Shown here: in pieces, positions 1 through 11,624 of the stretch | Position numbering within the stretch: position 1 is the stretch's first letter | Layout: each line of letters starts with the position of its first letter | Assembly: GCA_964016885.1 (NCBI GenBank) | Contig: OZ024740.1 | Coordinates: forward strand, 275,032,001 to 275,096,000 | Source of the DNA: Eledone cirrhosa | Taxonomy: Eukaryota | DNA length: 64,000 nt | Reading direction: 5' to 3' | The notes under the pieces: model-generated | What the model was told of the DNA's origin: nothing | The model's input: only the letters and a program-made list of their open reading frames with translations | The model's database searches: none | Translations under genes and position numbers: made by a program

Positions 1-437
1 TGCACGTATCGGTTTACCGAACATTTATTATAATGCTCGGTTTGTTTGTTTGTAAACAAACAAACAGTCCGAATTACGCCGTACAGTGTTTAGGCAACCA
101 CGTCACTTTTTTGTCAACACTGACACAGGAACGATGTACTAGTTTCAAGCTTATTAGCTATCGTCAGCATCGTATACCGTCCTGCCAGATGGTTGAACGT
201 CTGAAAGTATATACTTTCTTTATGCATATTAATGGCTGACCAGCCTAATTTGCATATCGAGTGGGTTCAGTCGGCCGAGCACAGTTCAGTCGGCCTGTGT
301 CAGTGTTGAACAAAAAGGTGACGTGGTTGCCTAAACACGGTACGGCGTAATTCGGGGTGTTTGTTTGTTTACATACACGTATCGGTTTACCGAACATTTA
401 TTATAATGCTCGGTTTGTTTGTTTACAAACAAACAAA
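1..437. mobile_element. Penelope-like pLTR-derived fold-back element (runs off window start)
   Basis: Inverted arms ~52-129 and ~293-372, direct repeat ~3-51 and ~377-424, hammerhead between the arms, ends in (GTTT)n. Confidence 0.6.
131..173 (-). ncRNA. Type I hammerhead ribozyme (PLE-type, minimal stem III)
   Basis: Minus strand reads ACGATG-CTGACGA-tAGCTaataAGCTt-GAAA-CTAG-TA-CATCGT: 6-bp stem I, intact core, stem II, palindromic ACTAGT stem III. Confidence 0.85.
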
Positions 438-439
438 CA

Positions 440-539
440 TACATACATACATACATACATACTTACACACACACATATATATATATATACATATTATATA
501 TATATATTATATATATATATTATATATATATATATATAT

Positions 540-590
<51 letters not shown>
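440..590. repeat. (ACAT)n/(TA)n microsatellite
   Basis: Seen directly. Confidence 0.95.
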
Positions 591-592
<2 letters not shown>

Positions 593-783
593 GTTATTCC
601 GGGTTGAATCGGAGGTAACCACAGTAAGTAAGGTACTCAATACATAGCAGAGTATAAAAGTTTTAATATAGATGAGATTCTACAGGACTAGAACTGTTTC
701 ATTCATTAGAAATCATCAGGAATCTCCAGGAATCTCCTGATGATTTCTAATGAATGAAACAGTTCTAGTCCTGTAGAATCTCA

Positions 784-787
<4 letters not shown>
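591..787. mobile_element. Hammerhead-bearing fold-back mini-element in (TA)n
   Basis: Minus copy 591-726 plus inverted partial copy ~735-787, (TA)n on both sides, second copy at 37872-37998. Confidence 0.75.
674..726 (-). ncRNA. Type I hammerhead ribozyme
   Basis: Minus: GAGATTC-CTGATGA-tTTCtaatGAAt-GAAACAG-ttctagtc-CTGTA-GAATCTC. 7-bp stem I, ACAG/CTGT stem III, GUA cleavage triplet. Confidence 0.85.
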
Positions 788-877
<90 letters not shown>

Positions 878-889
878 ATATATACACAC

Positions 890-928
<39 letters not shown>

Positions 929-964
929 TATATATTATATATATAATATATATACACACACACA

Positions 965-1022
<58 letters not shown>
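788..1022. repeat. (TA)n/(CA)n microsatellite
   Basis: Seen directly. Confidence 0.95.
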
Positions 1023-1023
<1 letters not shown>

Positions 1024-1074
1024 GTCCCACCTTTGCAAGCAGGGAAAAGCAGACGTAAAATGATAATGATGATG
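1024..1074 (+). repeat. RTE-type 3' tail fragment
   Basis: gtcccacctttgcaagcagggaaaagcagacgtaaaatgat(gat)n matches the tails at 62238-62310 and 62795-62853. Confidence 0.7.
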
Positions 1075-1332
1075 ACACACACTCGCATACACATATATAC
1101 ACACACACACGCATACATAGATAGATACACACATTATACATATATATATATGTATTTATATATTTATATATATGTATGTATGTGTTTATTTCGGAGAGGA
1201 TAATTTTCCTACCTTTATGTGTTGCCCTCTGGCAAAAAGAAACAAACATTAATGCAAAAATATCTTAAGCAGAGGGCCATGTAGATCTTAGGGAGAGCTA
1301 GCAGGTTTATAGAAATACTCAAATTCTATTAA

Positions 1333-2106
1333 TCTATATATATAAAACTGTGGTTGTCTGTCTGTCTATCGATTTTTGGCACACATCTCCTCTTAGAATC
1401 TCTCACGGAATTGCACCGAAATTGCTATACTTGTACATTGAGCCCTAGCGAAGACATCGGAAAAAAAAAATTTCAAATTGACCCACCCTATGTGACGAAA
1501 TCGAATATAATGTATCGATTTTTGAGCGTAAGTTATCAGTTATTTCCCTTTGTTCTGTTTACATTGAGCGTCTTACGTAAAAAATTACGCTGGCTTTCTC
1601 AGCGTTTAAAATGACATTAACACAATACACGAACATTCGAACACTAAGCTTCCGTTTTGCTTCATTTCCATTTAAAAGCATTTTAAAACAATATTTTTAC
1701 TTGAAAACAAGTCTATTTAAAGACTACGTAAAACAAGCAAATATTTCAGGCGTGCAGACAGACAGTCGTGCAGAGAGGTGATATAGGCGTGCAGACAGAC
1801 ATAACTGATAATTTGGTTACGCTAATGTTTTTCTCTGCGTTGCAGTGTTTACATTTTCGATCTTTGTTAATAAATAACCAGTGCAGTTTTTATCCCCAGC
1901 ATCCTCTTTTGTTATAACATTCGGGTTATCGTTATGTTTTCTTAACTTCATAAGGCATATTGTTGTTTGAGGGAATATTAATCAAAAACACCACATGCAA
2001 GTCTGCACAGTAGACACTACAGTTTTTAAGCCAAAAAAGAAACTTAACATTGTAACTTTAACACAGCTACTGAGCGACCCCGAGCAACGCCGGGCTTTAC
2101 TGCTAG
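1333..2106 (+). mobile_element. Non-autonomous Helitron
   Basis: 5' a|TCtatatatataaaa followed by a (gtct) tract, 3' hairpin cccgagcaacgccggg then CTAG|t, inserted at an A-T site. Confidence 0.75.
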
Positions 2107-2559
2107 TAGTGGATATAATAGTCTCGCACATATACATAATTACACATATACAAACACACGTTAACATACATACAGAAACGCATTAACATATACATGTATA
2201 CATTAGCATGTACACACACCTAAAAATACACTGAAACATATGTTTACACAGAAAAACACATACATATATACAAACATTTGCATGCACACATGCTTACATA
2301 AATGCACATACACAAAATAACATACAACTTCTTTATACTGATATTGTCTTTCAGTCACTTTTTAAACTTTTGACATCTCTTGAATGCTGCAAAAAGAAAA
2401 GGTAAACTATTAAAAGTCATAGTAATGATTTATTTTATTTGCCAGAAATGTGACAGTTGAAAGAGGTAGTAGAAAAACAAATTACACTAAAGAAGAGGGA
2501 GGGAGTACGTAGAGTTGGTCATGAAAAAACTAGTTTGGAAAACAGAAGTATAAAAGAGA

Positions 2560-3740
2560 TATAAAACAACCCAAATTAATAGAATAACAGCCCCCTCAGA
2601 CAAATCAACGAACCCAACATATCTAAGTTGTGCTCTCTTCCAGCTGTGGTCTCCGACCTATTGAGAGCAGGCCCATTCATATCAGTCTCTATCCTAAACT
2701 AAAATTTGATACAACATATGAGAAATTGGTCAAAGATAAAAGTGTTTTCCCAGACCACTCTATCTGCTCCGTCATATAGTCTCTTTCACCATAATGATGA
2801 AGCAGTATAACACTGCCAACTCTTTCATCCCAATGAAGGTTGTGGCACAATCATCATTATGGACCTGAATAATAGCTGGATGTTTCCTTCATACGAAAAC
2901 AACAGTTCAACATAACTCCAGAATAAAGTAATGTTACAGTGTCTGTAGAGTTTAATCTAGATCAATGCTTCATGGCAGCTCTAATAAACCACAGATTTCT
3001 GACAATTGACCCAGGTTCTCAGACTAAAAGTGGCTGCTCATTCAATGTTGGTTGAGGCTCAGGGTCATCCAAAAGAATGTTGATGTTCTTGCCCTCCACT
3101 AATTCTCTCTACAGAATACAACAGTTAACACAGTTCAAGCAGACTGCTTGATTAGGAGAGAAAGGTGGTGTGTATCTAGTCATATTCCAAATGTAATGTG
3201 CTCAATCTCAGTATTTGTTTGACCCATGACAACAACTCTATTAAAGAGATAATCTACAGAAAGATATGTTTCTCAAATAATTACTACACTATTCTACAGT
3301 CTGTGAATCTGCAAATATCACAACCTCAGCAATTACCTATGTAAAGCATTACCCAAGAGCACGTAAAAGACAAATTATTGATGCAGTACTTATTATTGAA
3401 CAGGTCAGCAGACAAGAGACTTCCAGTGAGACAGGAAACAAGACCTGGACTTAATGGATAGATCACTCTTTCCTGCATTTGTAAGTGTTTATCATGCAAT
3501 AAACAATTGTTCAACAAATCACCAGTTGTTCTTATTTTGCATATAACTTACCTAAAGCTATACTTACAACCATGTCATACCTGATCCTCTAATTAGAGGG
3601 TGTTGGCAGTAGATAAGTGCTTTGATTAGTAGAAAGTGTGAAAGAGCAGATGCTAGAGCCTGATGAGATGAAACTGAGGCAAGGTACGATGGTCAAAGAG
3701 TAATAAATAACGGAGGCAATGTAAACATGTGGCACATGAT
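2560..3740 (-). mobile_element. Highly degraded L1/Tx1 ORF2 3' fragment
   Basis: Minus translations IYCQHPLIRGSGMTW and LFWSYVELLFSYEGNIQL resemble ICCQHPLRGGLGMPW and LWVYVEHLLSRLGRIRL in ORF 13334..14401. Confidence 0.6.
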
Positions 3741-4779
3741 TAGGTTCTTCTCAACACAAAGATTAAGGTTAAATAAATTGATGAATAAAACAATAAGCAA
3801 ATAAATAATGTTACGCCTCAATCGAATTCGCTACAGATGTATTAGGTTAAACCATCGATACTATGTTATTCATACTAAAATACTTAAAGTTTCTAAATAT
3901 ATATATTTGTTATATTTGTGTTGAGATTAAATAATTGTTTATTCATTTTCAGCATACATGCTGTTGGTGGAAGGGAGGTAATTGAATAATCATTTGCCTG
4001 AGAAGAGTATAGAAATACGATGTTCATACACAAGTTTTGTAACAACACAAAAATGTTATTTTACAATATTTTACATAAAATTAGAGAATAAGTGGAAGGA
4101 GAGAAAGAATATACATATCATTTTTTAATACCCCATAACTTGTATGTGTTACTAAATTCTATTAGTTAAGAAAACATGTCTCAAATGTCAGAATTACTAT
4201 TTCACGTCATTTGCAAAGCATCAGATAGATGTTACCTCATGTTCAAGTAGATGGATTTGTGAATGCACTGAAAGAGCCTTTTCAATTCTTGGGACTCATT
4301 CTTGCAGTAAATTGGAAGGTGGTTTGGAGGCCTAGGAGGTTAGATGTTTCTACCGCTAAGAGTTCAGAGACAAATCAATCGGAGAGCAGCCATCAGCTGT
4401 CATCAGATTGTCTGATTCTAAATTGTTAAATAATACTGCGATTTCAGAAATATAAATATATATAGAAGGAACGAAGAAAGAAAGCAAAAGATTACTACGT
4501 TCACACACTATCAGAACACGCTCTTCATCCATAAATCTATACATAAAAAAACTATATCGAACAGTCTGCATTCTTCCGCAAGATAAGAATGAGAAATAGG
4601 TAAAATATAGCATTCAAAAGTGAAAAATGAAATCTGAAAGAAAAAAATTAAAAGAAGGAAATAGTAACAAAAACAATAGAGTATATTTGGAATTCTATGG
4701 AACATTCTTTGTTTGAAAATTGCGTAGGAGTAGCTTGGCTTTATATAAACTGTTACAAAGAAACTAAGGAAATTGCAGC

Positions 4780-5600
4780 TGTACTAAATATAGTCTAAGG
4801 GATAGAATCGTTGCCTCACACGCCCCGCATCATATCTAAGGATGATAAAAGATATTTTACGAATCGTCCAATATATAGGTTAATCGACCCTGCCAAAAAT
4901 GTAGGAATAGTTAGTAAGAATGGGTACATTGGATGGAATGAAAGTGTGCTAAATTGTTGTTTTATATGTTTTAGACTTGTATAAACGTTTCCCGATGTTG
5001 ATTGGACGCATTTATCGTGATGACGGATTATTTCTAATGTGAAATATGAATTGTCATGACATAGACAGATTTAGGAATGGCAATTTATTTTTCGGTGTAT
5101 TAGATTTAAAAATAACAACTCAGAACAATGTTACAATAGTAAAATTTTCGGACATAACAGATTTAGATGCTAATGAATTTTCCCTTATCATAAACCTAAT
5201 GAAAAATAATTTTATATTAATAAGCGTTCTAATCCTCCAACTTATATGATTTGTTATATAGTTTCGAATGTTAGGAAAAGATATATCATATTCGTTGTCT
5301 GATGTAGATGCTTTTACAGAAGGTTCCCAACTCTATAATGAAGCATTTAAATGTAATGGGTTTTATGAGAGAAAATTTACTCTCGATTTAGTAGAAATAA
5401 AAGTAGGTGAAGTTTGAGGTATAACATCATTTTTAACTTGAATATTTGTACAAATATAGTAAAGGAATTATTTAATTTGTTATCAATTCATTTCACCAGA
5501 GAACACCGATATCATACAATTTTTATTAGAAATTAAAATTCTCTACTTTTGTTGTAAAAATATTCGACTGCTCTGTTAATTTCATTAATGCCAAAACAAT
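4780..5600 (+). pseudogene. Degraded Penelope-like element reverse transcriptase
   Basis: Broken frames give KDDKRYFTNRPIYRLIDPAKNVGIVSK, YRDDGL (5013-5030) and PYHKPNEK..YINKRSNPP, typical of PLE RTs. Confidence 0.7.
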
Positions 5601-5708
5601 AAGAGTTTCTCAAATATGTACCGAATTTCCAAAACTAAGCATAACTACATGTCCCACAATATTTCATATAAACTTTACCATTTTCTCCATATAATAATAA
5701 TAATAATA

Positions 5709-5892
5709 ATTGTTTCTACTTTTGGCACAAGGCCAGCAATGACTCAGTACATAACTGGTATTTTATTTTATCGACCCCGTAAGGATGAAAGGCAAAGCTA
5801 ACCTCGACGCCATTTGAACTCAGAATGGCAAGGGGCGTAACTCTATGCGTAGAAGCTTAGTGTCCGATCATCTACCGATACTGCCAATCCAC
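5709..5892 (-). mobile_element. Nin/Deu-domain SINE
   Basis: Core gcctttcatccttacggggtcgataaaataaa.tacca with (att)n tail, about 20 copies in the window. Confidence 0.8.
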
Positions 5893-5901
5893 ATAATAAT
5901 A

Positions 5902-6150
5902 ATAATACAAGGACAATTTGTTAAGCCTTCATTACGTTTATTGATTAGTGACGCGCATTTCACTATTGATCAGCTAAAGGTTCGATCTGACAGAATGTCG
6001 TTGTCATTACAACAGCAGAGGTCCGACGTGCTTTTGATTCAGAGTCGCGCCAGCTCGATACAGACCGAACCTTGAGCTGATCAATAGTAAAACGCACGTC
6101 ACTAATCAATAAACGTAATGAAGGCTTAACAAATCGTCCTCGTATTATTA
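5902..6150. mobile_element. Fold-back/MITE-like element, ~90-bp imperfect inverted arms
   Basis: aatacaaggacaatttgttaagccttcattacg... pairs with ...cgtaatgaaggcttaacaaatcgtcctcgtatt. Confidence 0.6.
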
Positions 6151-6165
6151 TATTACACTTATATT

Positions 6166-6242
6166 ACGGGGTCGATAAAATAAAGTACCAGTAAAGTACT
6201 GTTAATTGCTGACCTTGTGCCAAAATTAGAAACAATTATTAT
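6166..6242 (+). mobile_element. Nin SINE 3' fragment
   Basis: ggggtcgataaaataaagtaccag...gaaacaattattat. Confidence 0.7.
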
Positions 6243-6370
6243 ATTACACTCTGTTTAGTTCTACACCTCGCTACTGAAGTGAACCTAAACATCGAGTGCT
6301 CACCTGGGTGAACCTACAGTAACTTCACGTTACACTTCCCCGATATATATATATATATATCGGGGAAGTG

Positions 6371-7014
6371 TGCATTCATGTATATATGTGTGTGTCCGCA
6401 TGTATCTGTGTGTTTCTAAATATATTAATAACTCCCTCTGGTCGAGCAATCTTTGAGGTGTGGGGACAACTGGAAAGCTTCCATTACTCATACTTCTCGC
6501 CTTCTTCACTACCTCTTCTACGGCCTCGATATGAATACCCCCTCCGCCTCCGTGGTATTTTCTTCGTTGTTATAAGAGGCTTAGCTCTGTTTTTCGACCG
6601 TTATATCGCGTGACTATCTCCCCCTCCGCCTTTTGGGATTCTTTCTCACGTCGTGTGGACGCGTTCTTGAGACTAGTAAAATGAGGTATCCTCTTGATAA
6701 GTCGGCAGACCTCGCAAGGACTCTATATCTTTGATATATTGTTTTTGTTTATGCCACGAAACTACGTAGTCGAGGAATTTAGGAACAGTTTAGGTATGAT
6801 ACATTTTATTACTAATTATATCTAAATGTTTCTTCTCTCTTCATAATGTATTTTTAATTCTGATACTGGTTCAGTCTAGTTCAAACTGAATTGGTCTGTC
6901 CCAGTCATTCATTGAGCAACATCGGTGAAGTTGGCACCCTTAACTCACAGTTGGGTGCGGATGCATTCATGTATATATGTGTGTGTCCGCATGTATCTGT
7001 GTGTTTCTAAATAT
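6371..7014 (+). mobile_element. Retrozyme/pLTR-like non-coding element with ~54-bp terminal direct repeats
   Basis: tgcattcatgtatat...tttctaaatatat at 6371-6424 and 6962-7015, internal hammerhead, ends in (TA)n, related copy at 35493-35652. Confidence 0.65.
6689..6776 (+). ncRNA. Type I hammerhead ribozyme, U3-A8 variant with long stem II
   Basis: TCCTC-TTGATAA-GTcGGCA...TGCCAC-GAAA-CTACGTAG-TC-GAGGA. Confidence 0.65.
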
Positions 7015-7351
7015 ATATATATATATATATATATATAACGAAGGAAATGTGGTAAGGAACCAGGTGGACCATAAATATATATATATATATGCAACGTTAT
7101 GTTATAGCACACAACGAAAAGAAGATCAGTTCATACAAAATAAATTATACTTTTTGTTATAAATATAAATGGGTTTTCAGAAATAGTTATGATTATCTAA
7201 TGAGCAACAACATGCGTGAAATATATTCAACATCATCACGAATTAAAACTAAACTTTAAAACGCTATTCCTAGCGAAACCAGTTAGTACAAAAAAGAATC
7301 AGATAATTATGACTATTTCTGAAATTTCACTTATATTTATTTTGTATAAAT

Positions 7352-7535
7352 GGGTGGTGGATGGCAGTATCGGTAGAGGGTCGGACGCCATGCTTTCCAG
7401 CATAGTTACGTCCCTTTACGATCTGAGTTCAAATCCCGCCGAGGTTGACTTTGCCTTTCATCCTTACGGGGTCGATAAAATAAAGTACCAGTAATGCACT
7501 GAGTAATTGCTGGCCTTGTGCCTAAAGTAGAAACA
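7352..7535 (+). mobile_element. Nin/Deu-domain SINE
   Basis: tRNA-like head (ggcagtatcggtagag...gagttcaaatccc), Nin core, 3' tail. Confidence 0.85.
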
Positions 7536-7829
7536 TATATTTATTTTGTATAAACTAATTTCTTTTCGTTGTGCAATGTAAATATGTCTGTATATATAAA
7601 AACCATTAGGTGCATCGTCTAACATGAAACTCGGAGTAACGATTTGTGAAGTTTCAATCGCCATTTAAAAATAATGTATTTAAGTGATGTTTATATTTTA
7701 TATGTATGTGTGAGGTAAGTGTTAGTGCTTGCTTGTTTCCATCTAATCTGAGTGCGCAGGTGTTCAAATAATAAGATTTTTCTTTGCACACCGTGATGCC
7801 ACATGTTTTCTTATCAAGCTCTGCATTAT

Positions 7830-7941
7830 GACGTCGGATAGAATGCTTTACGGTATTCGTACCACCTCATTCCGCGCTCTGAATTCAAATGCCACCTGGG
7901 TCAACTTTGCCTTTCGTCCTTTCGTGGTCGACAAAAAAAAG
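7830..7941 (+). mobile_element. Nin SINE interrupted by a MITE (remainder ~8591-8615)
   Basis: Core gcctttcgtcctttcgtggtcgac breaks at the MITE and resumes after it. Confidence 0.6.
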
Positions 7942-8582
7942 GGCGATATCCAATTTTAGCTGTCTAAATGCCGCTTACTTGCTGCTTACTTCAATGTATG
8001 AGGCTATTCCAACAAATTTACATTCCCCCTTTTTTTAGCCGTTAAAAGAAATATAGATTTATTTATTATTTTTTTTTGCGATTTATTAGAGAGGGGGGTG
8101 CTCCCTTCTTCTCTTACCTGTACAAGCCGATATAGAGAGATGGCCCACGTACACGGGCCATTATTGCTACTTTCACCCATCTTTCATGGAATTGGCTGTG
8201 ACTGAGTGCCTTTTTCTCCAAGAGGACCATTTGTTGGCCGGCGACATATCCCCACAGTTTCCTCGTTGCAAACGCATCTGGGACATTTCTTTTCCAAGGG
8301 GTTTCCGTCCCGGAATTCGTGTCTGTAGAGCCTTTCCCGAACGGGCAGGGCCCCTCGGTATAATAGTAAGTATTAGTGGTTGTAATAAAAATGCAGTAAG
8401 AGAAGAAGGGAGCACCCCCTCTCTAATAAATCGCAAAAAAAAAAAAAAAAATAAATCTATATTTCTTTTAACGGCTAAAAAAGGGGGGGGAATGTAAATT
8501 TGTTGGAATAGCCTCATACATTGAAGTAAGCTGCAACTGCAGCAACTAAGCGGCATTTAGACAGCTAAAATTGGATATCGCC
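7942..8582. mobile_element. MITE with ~176-bp TIRs and 8-bp TSD (Merlin-like by termini)
   Basis: TIRs GGCGATATCC.../...GGATATCGCC (7942-8117, 8396-8582), flanking aaaaaaag on both sides. Confidence 0.75.
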
Positions 8583-9959
8583 AAAAAAAGAACTAGCCCA
8601 GTAGTGGGGTCGATTCTTCCTCCATAGGAAAAACTCGGCTGTGTTCAGACCTGGGGAGGGTTGGGCTCCACCAGTTTTAAAAGTGCCTTAAACTCGCCGT
8701 TTGACGGTGCCTGCACAACTGTACAAGAGGTTGTGGGGTGGGGGGTTATTTGATTCCAATTTGGTACCCATGCAACTGTGGAATCAAAGACTTGGAGACA
8801 CTACATCTCAGAAAGGTATATTAATTAAATAAAAGATATTTGGAAATCTGAGTGCTAATGACTTCACTTCGTTTATTCATTACATGAAAAAAAATGAAGA
8901 ATTATTGTTTGTTGCTTTATGCTGTCACTCTTCCAATGATTTATGCCTCTAAGAATTTAAGGCTTACTAAACTTGTTTTTTCTTCTATTTTCGCTATGAA
9001 ACTAAGGCACTCATACAGACACACTACACACACGTTTCTATATTTTCGTGCGTGAGTTACAGTCATTTTTTTTTTTTTTTCTGTGGATAAATAGAAAAGT
9101 TTCTTAAATAGCAAAATAAAATAGAATTTAAAAAAGAATAATAATAATACACTAGAGCCACAAATATTATTTTGTTCATGTTTAAAAGGAATAATTGAAT
9201 AACAAAAATAATCACACCCCGAAACAATATTTTAAAAAGACACAAACAAACATAATAAATTGAAAATATTTAGCTACAGTAAAAATGAGGCAATGAAATA
9301 AAGAAACATTTTCAATAAAATATTAAAAGCTTGATTTTAATAACTATATTTCCTTTTATTTGTTATTTATCATCTCATCTAAACCTCTGTAAACAATTTT
9401 TCGTTTCGTTTCAAGCGTGCCGATTATCTTTTAGCTTTCTCTATATTGGGCAGTGAATGCGTTTACGTCTGTCTAAATGTATGCATGTATGTGTGAGTAC
9501 GGGCAGACAGACATACACACATACGTACATGCATACATACATAGATGCATACATACATGGTGGCTGCAAACTCTGCTAAGAGTATTGCAATCGCTTGTCA
9601 GATTACAGAAAATGGTGCACTTTTAGGCTACGGCCAGCCACAGGAACCTGTAGCATTACCTGAACTAGCAATGCCTGAGCTTTGAAGGTTTAAGTGGAGA
9701 AATGCCTTAAACTCGTCCAACTCCGCACTCTGAGCATCAAAAACACTACCTGAAAAGGAGAACTGGTCAACATCATCGGATGCTTCCGAAGCCGTTCTTT
9801 TTTTCTTTTCAGAGTTTCTTTCTCCTAGAAAGGTGTTGTGACAACAACTGGGGGCCTTTCACTCCCAGGTAAAAAAAAAAGAACCATTTGGATGGCCGCT
9901 GACTCTGTTCAGTTCCCCCGCCGTTCATCCCACATGGTGTCCAAATATCACCTTCCTAA

Positions 9960-10060
9960 CCAAGCTAACTTAGTGGGGGGTTGCCGGTTTAGTCGCCGAA
10001 GACCCAACCATTAGACAGGTTGTACTGGGTTATATGTTACCAGTCGAGAGCAGCCTGACA
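9960..10060 (-). repeat. Dispersed repeat, probable RTE 5' end
   Basis: ggttgtactgggtta.atgttaccagt...cctgac also at ~41230-41310 and ~60650-60736, the last lying upstream of an RTE endonuclease relic. Confidence 0.5.
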
Positions 10061-10070
10061 TACATACATA

Positions 10071-10107
<37 letters not shown>

Positions 10108-10146
10108 ATATTAATAAATGGAAACTATATTTATAAAACCATATTT

Positions 10147-10211
10147 ATTTTTATTATACATATTTCAAGGACACCAAGTTAAATTATGGTGTGCTTTCAT
10201 CAGATAAAATA
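10147..10211 (-). ncRNA. Type I hammerhead ribozyme
   Basis: Inverted diverged copy of 10304-10369 with CTGATGA and GAAATATGTATA intact. Confidence 0.7.
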
Positions 10212-10303
10212 TAATATAGATCAGTGTTATAAATAAATATTGACATACCCGGAAAAAAAGACAACCTTAACGGTTGGAGCTTCGACTATCCAAAACAAAT
10301 CTG

Positions 10304-10369
10304 TATTTTATCTGATGAAAGCGCACCATAATTTGCCTTGGTTGCCCTTGAAATATGTATAATAAAATA
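10304..10369 (+). ncRNA. Type I hammerhead ribozyme
   Basis: TATTTTAT-CTGATGA-AAGcGCAcca...tggtTGCcCTT-GAAA-TATGTA-TA-ATAAAATA, 8-bp stem I. Confidence 0.8.
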
Positions 10370-10520
10370 AATATGGTTTTATAAATATAGTTTCCATTTA
10401 TTAATATATTGTGTATTTACTCCACTAAACTGTTGAGTGCTTTATTTCAGTTATAAAAATGGTTAAGCTTGTTGAATCCCAACAAATTAAATATAACCTC
10501 TGCATATATATATATATATA

Positions 10521-10653
10521 GGAAAAAGTATGACCCCGACGGCTTGAGCTCTGCCGTCGGGGTCATACTTGTTCCTATTTCCCACTCTACTACCCTAAGT
10601 ATTGAGTACTTTGCTGCGTTATGGTCCATCTGGTTCCTTACCACAATCCTTTG

Positions 10654-10656
<3 letters not shown>
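10521..10656 (+). mobile_element. TA-flanked short insert with GC-rich hairpin
   Basis: ggaaaaagtatgaccccgacggc / gccgtcggggtcatacttgttcc. 3' part matches 7036-7073 inverted. Confidence 0.5.
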
Positions 10657-10693
<37 letters not shown>

Positions 10694-11017
10694 GGAGATT
10701 TAAGGTAAACTGACTTATTCCATCATGCGAATTAATCTAACTGTTTTAAGTATTTTTATATTCTGTATGATATAGCGTTGCTATAGAACTATTCATTGGA
10801 ACACGGAATCATAAGGGCAGTTATTTTAGAGGAGTTGACAAGAATCGATGAAATTCAGGCATAAGAATAATCTTTCGAGTTTTCTCATATTTGGAAGAAT
10901 ATTTGATAGCATTTACATTTCAGAAATGATAATTTTCAAACCTATGACTTCTAATTAATAACAAAACGGTAGTTATACCTAACTTAAATTTACTCAGATC
11001 TAAATATGCACAGTGTT

Positions 11018-11175
<158 letters not shown>

Positions 11176-11624
11176 TGAAGCTGGAAATAGCACGGAAAAT
11201 ATATGTTAGGGTCTGTTTTTCTTTTTTACCCTTTCTTTGATTCGCCAAAGTGACATTATTGAAAAAAGGAGAGAGACAATTCTTTTTAAAAAAAGTTATA
11301 TAATGTATATCAAGTATTACCGGTTTCGTTGTATTACTAAAATCCATATTATCAAATGTTGAGTATTACAATTAAAAAGAATTAATAGGAATTAAAAACT
11401 AAAAATTGAAGATTTAGCATTAAGTGTTGGAGTAAGTTTTTTCCTATCTACCTGGAGTTGCGACCAATATAAAGTATTAGCAATTGGAAAGACCAATGGA
11501 AACATTGCTTCCTCCGTCCGATTTGACGAAAGTCGATATATATCATACAAAAGGTAATTTGTAACTGATACACAGAAACATTCAAATGAAAACATATCTA
11601 AATTGATCTATTCAGAGAAGGGTG

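Larger units (their letters stand above)
10102..10504. mobile_element. Hammerhead fold-back element (AT-stem family) in (TA)n
   Basis: Inverted arms 10102-10211 and 10304-10412, each carrying a hammerhead, (TA)n on both sides. Confidence 0.8.

Noticed and set aside
3657-3681. gcCTGATGAgatGAAActgaggc hammerhead-like string
   Set aside because: No stem II or UH site, and it lies in a decayed Tx1 coding region. Chance match
8173-8556. 103-aa and 127-aa ORFs as a transposase
   Set aside because: They overlap the MITE TIR and show no DDE or other recognisable motif
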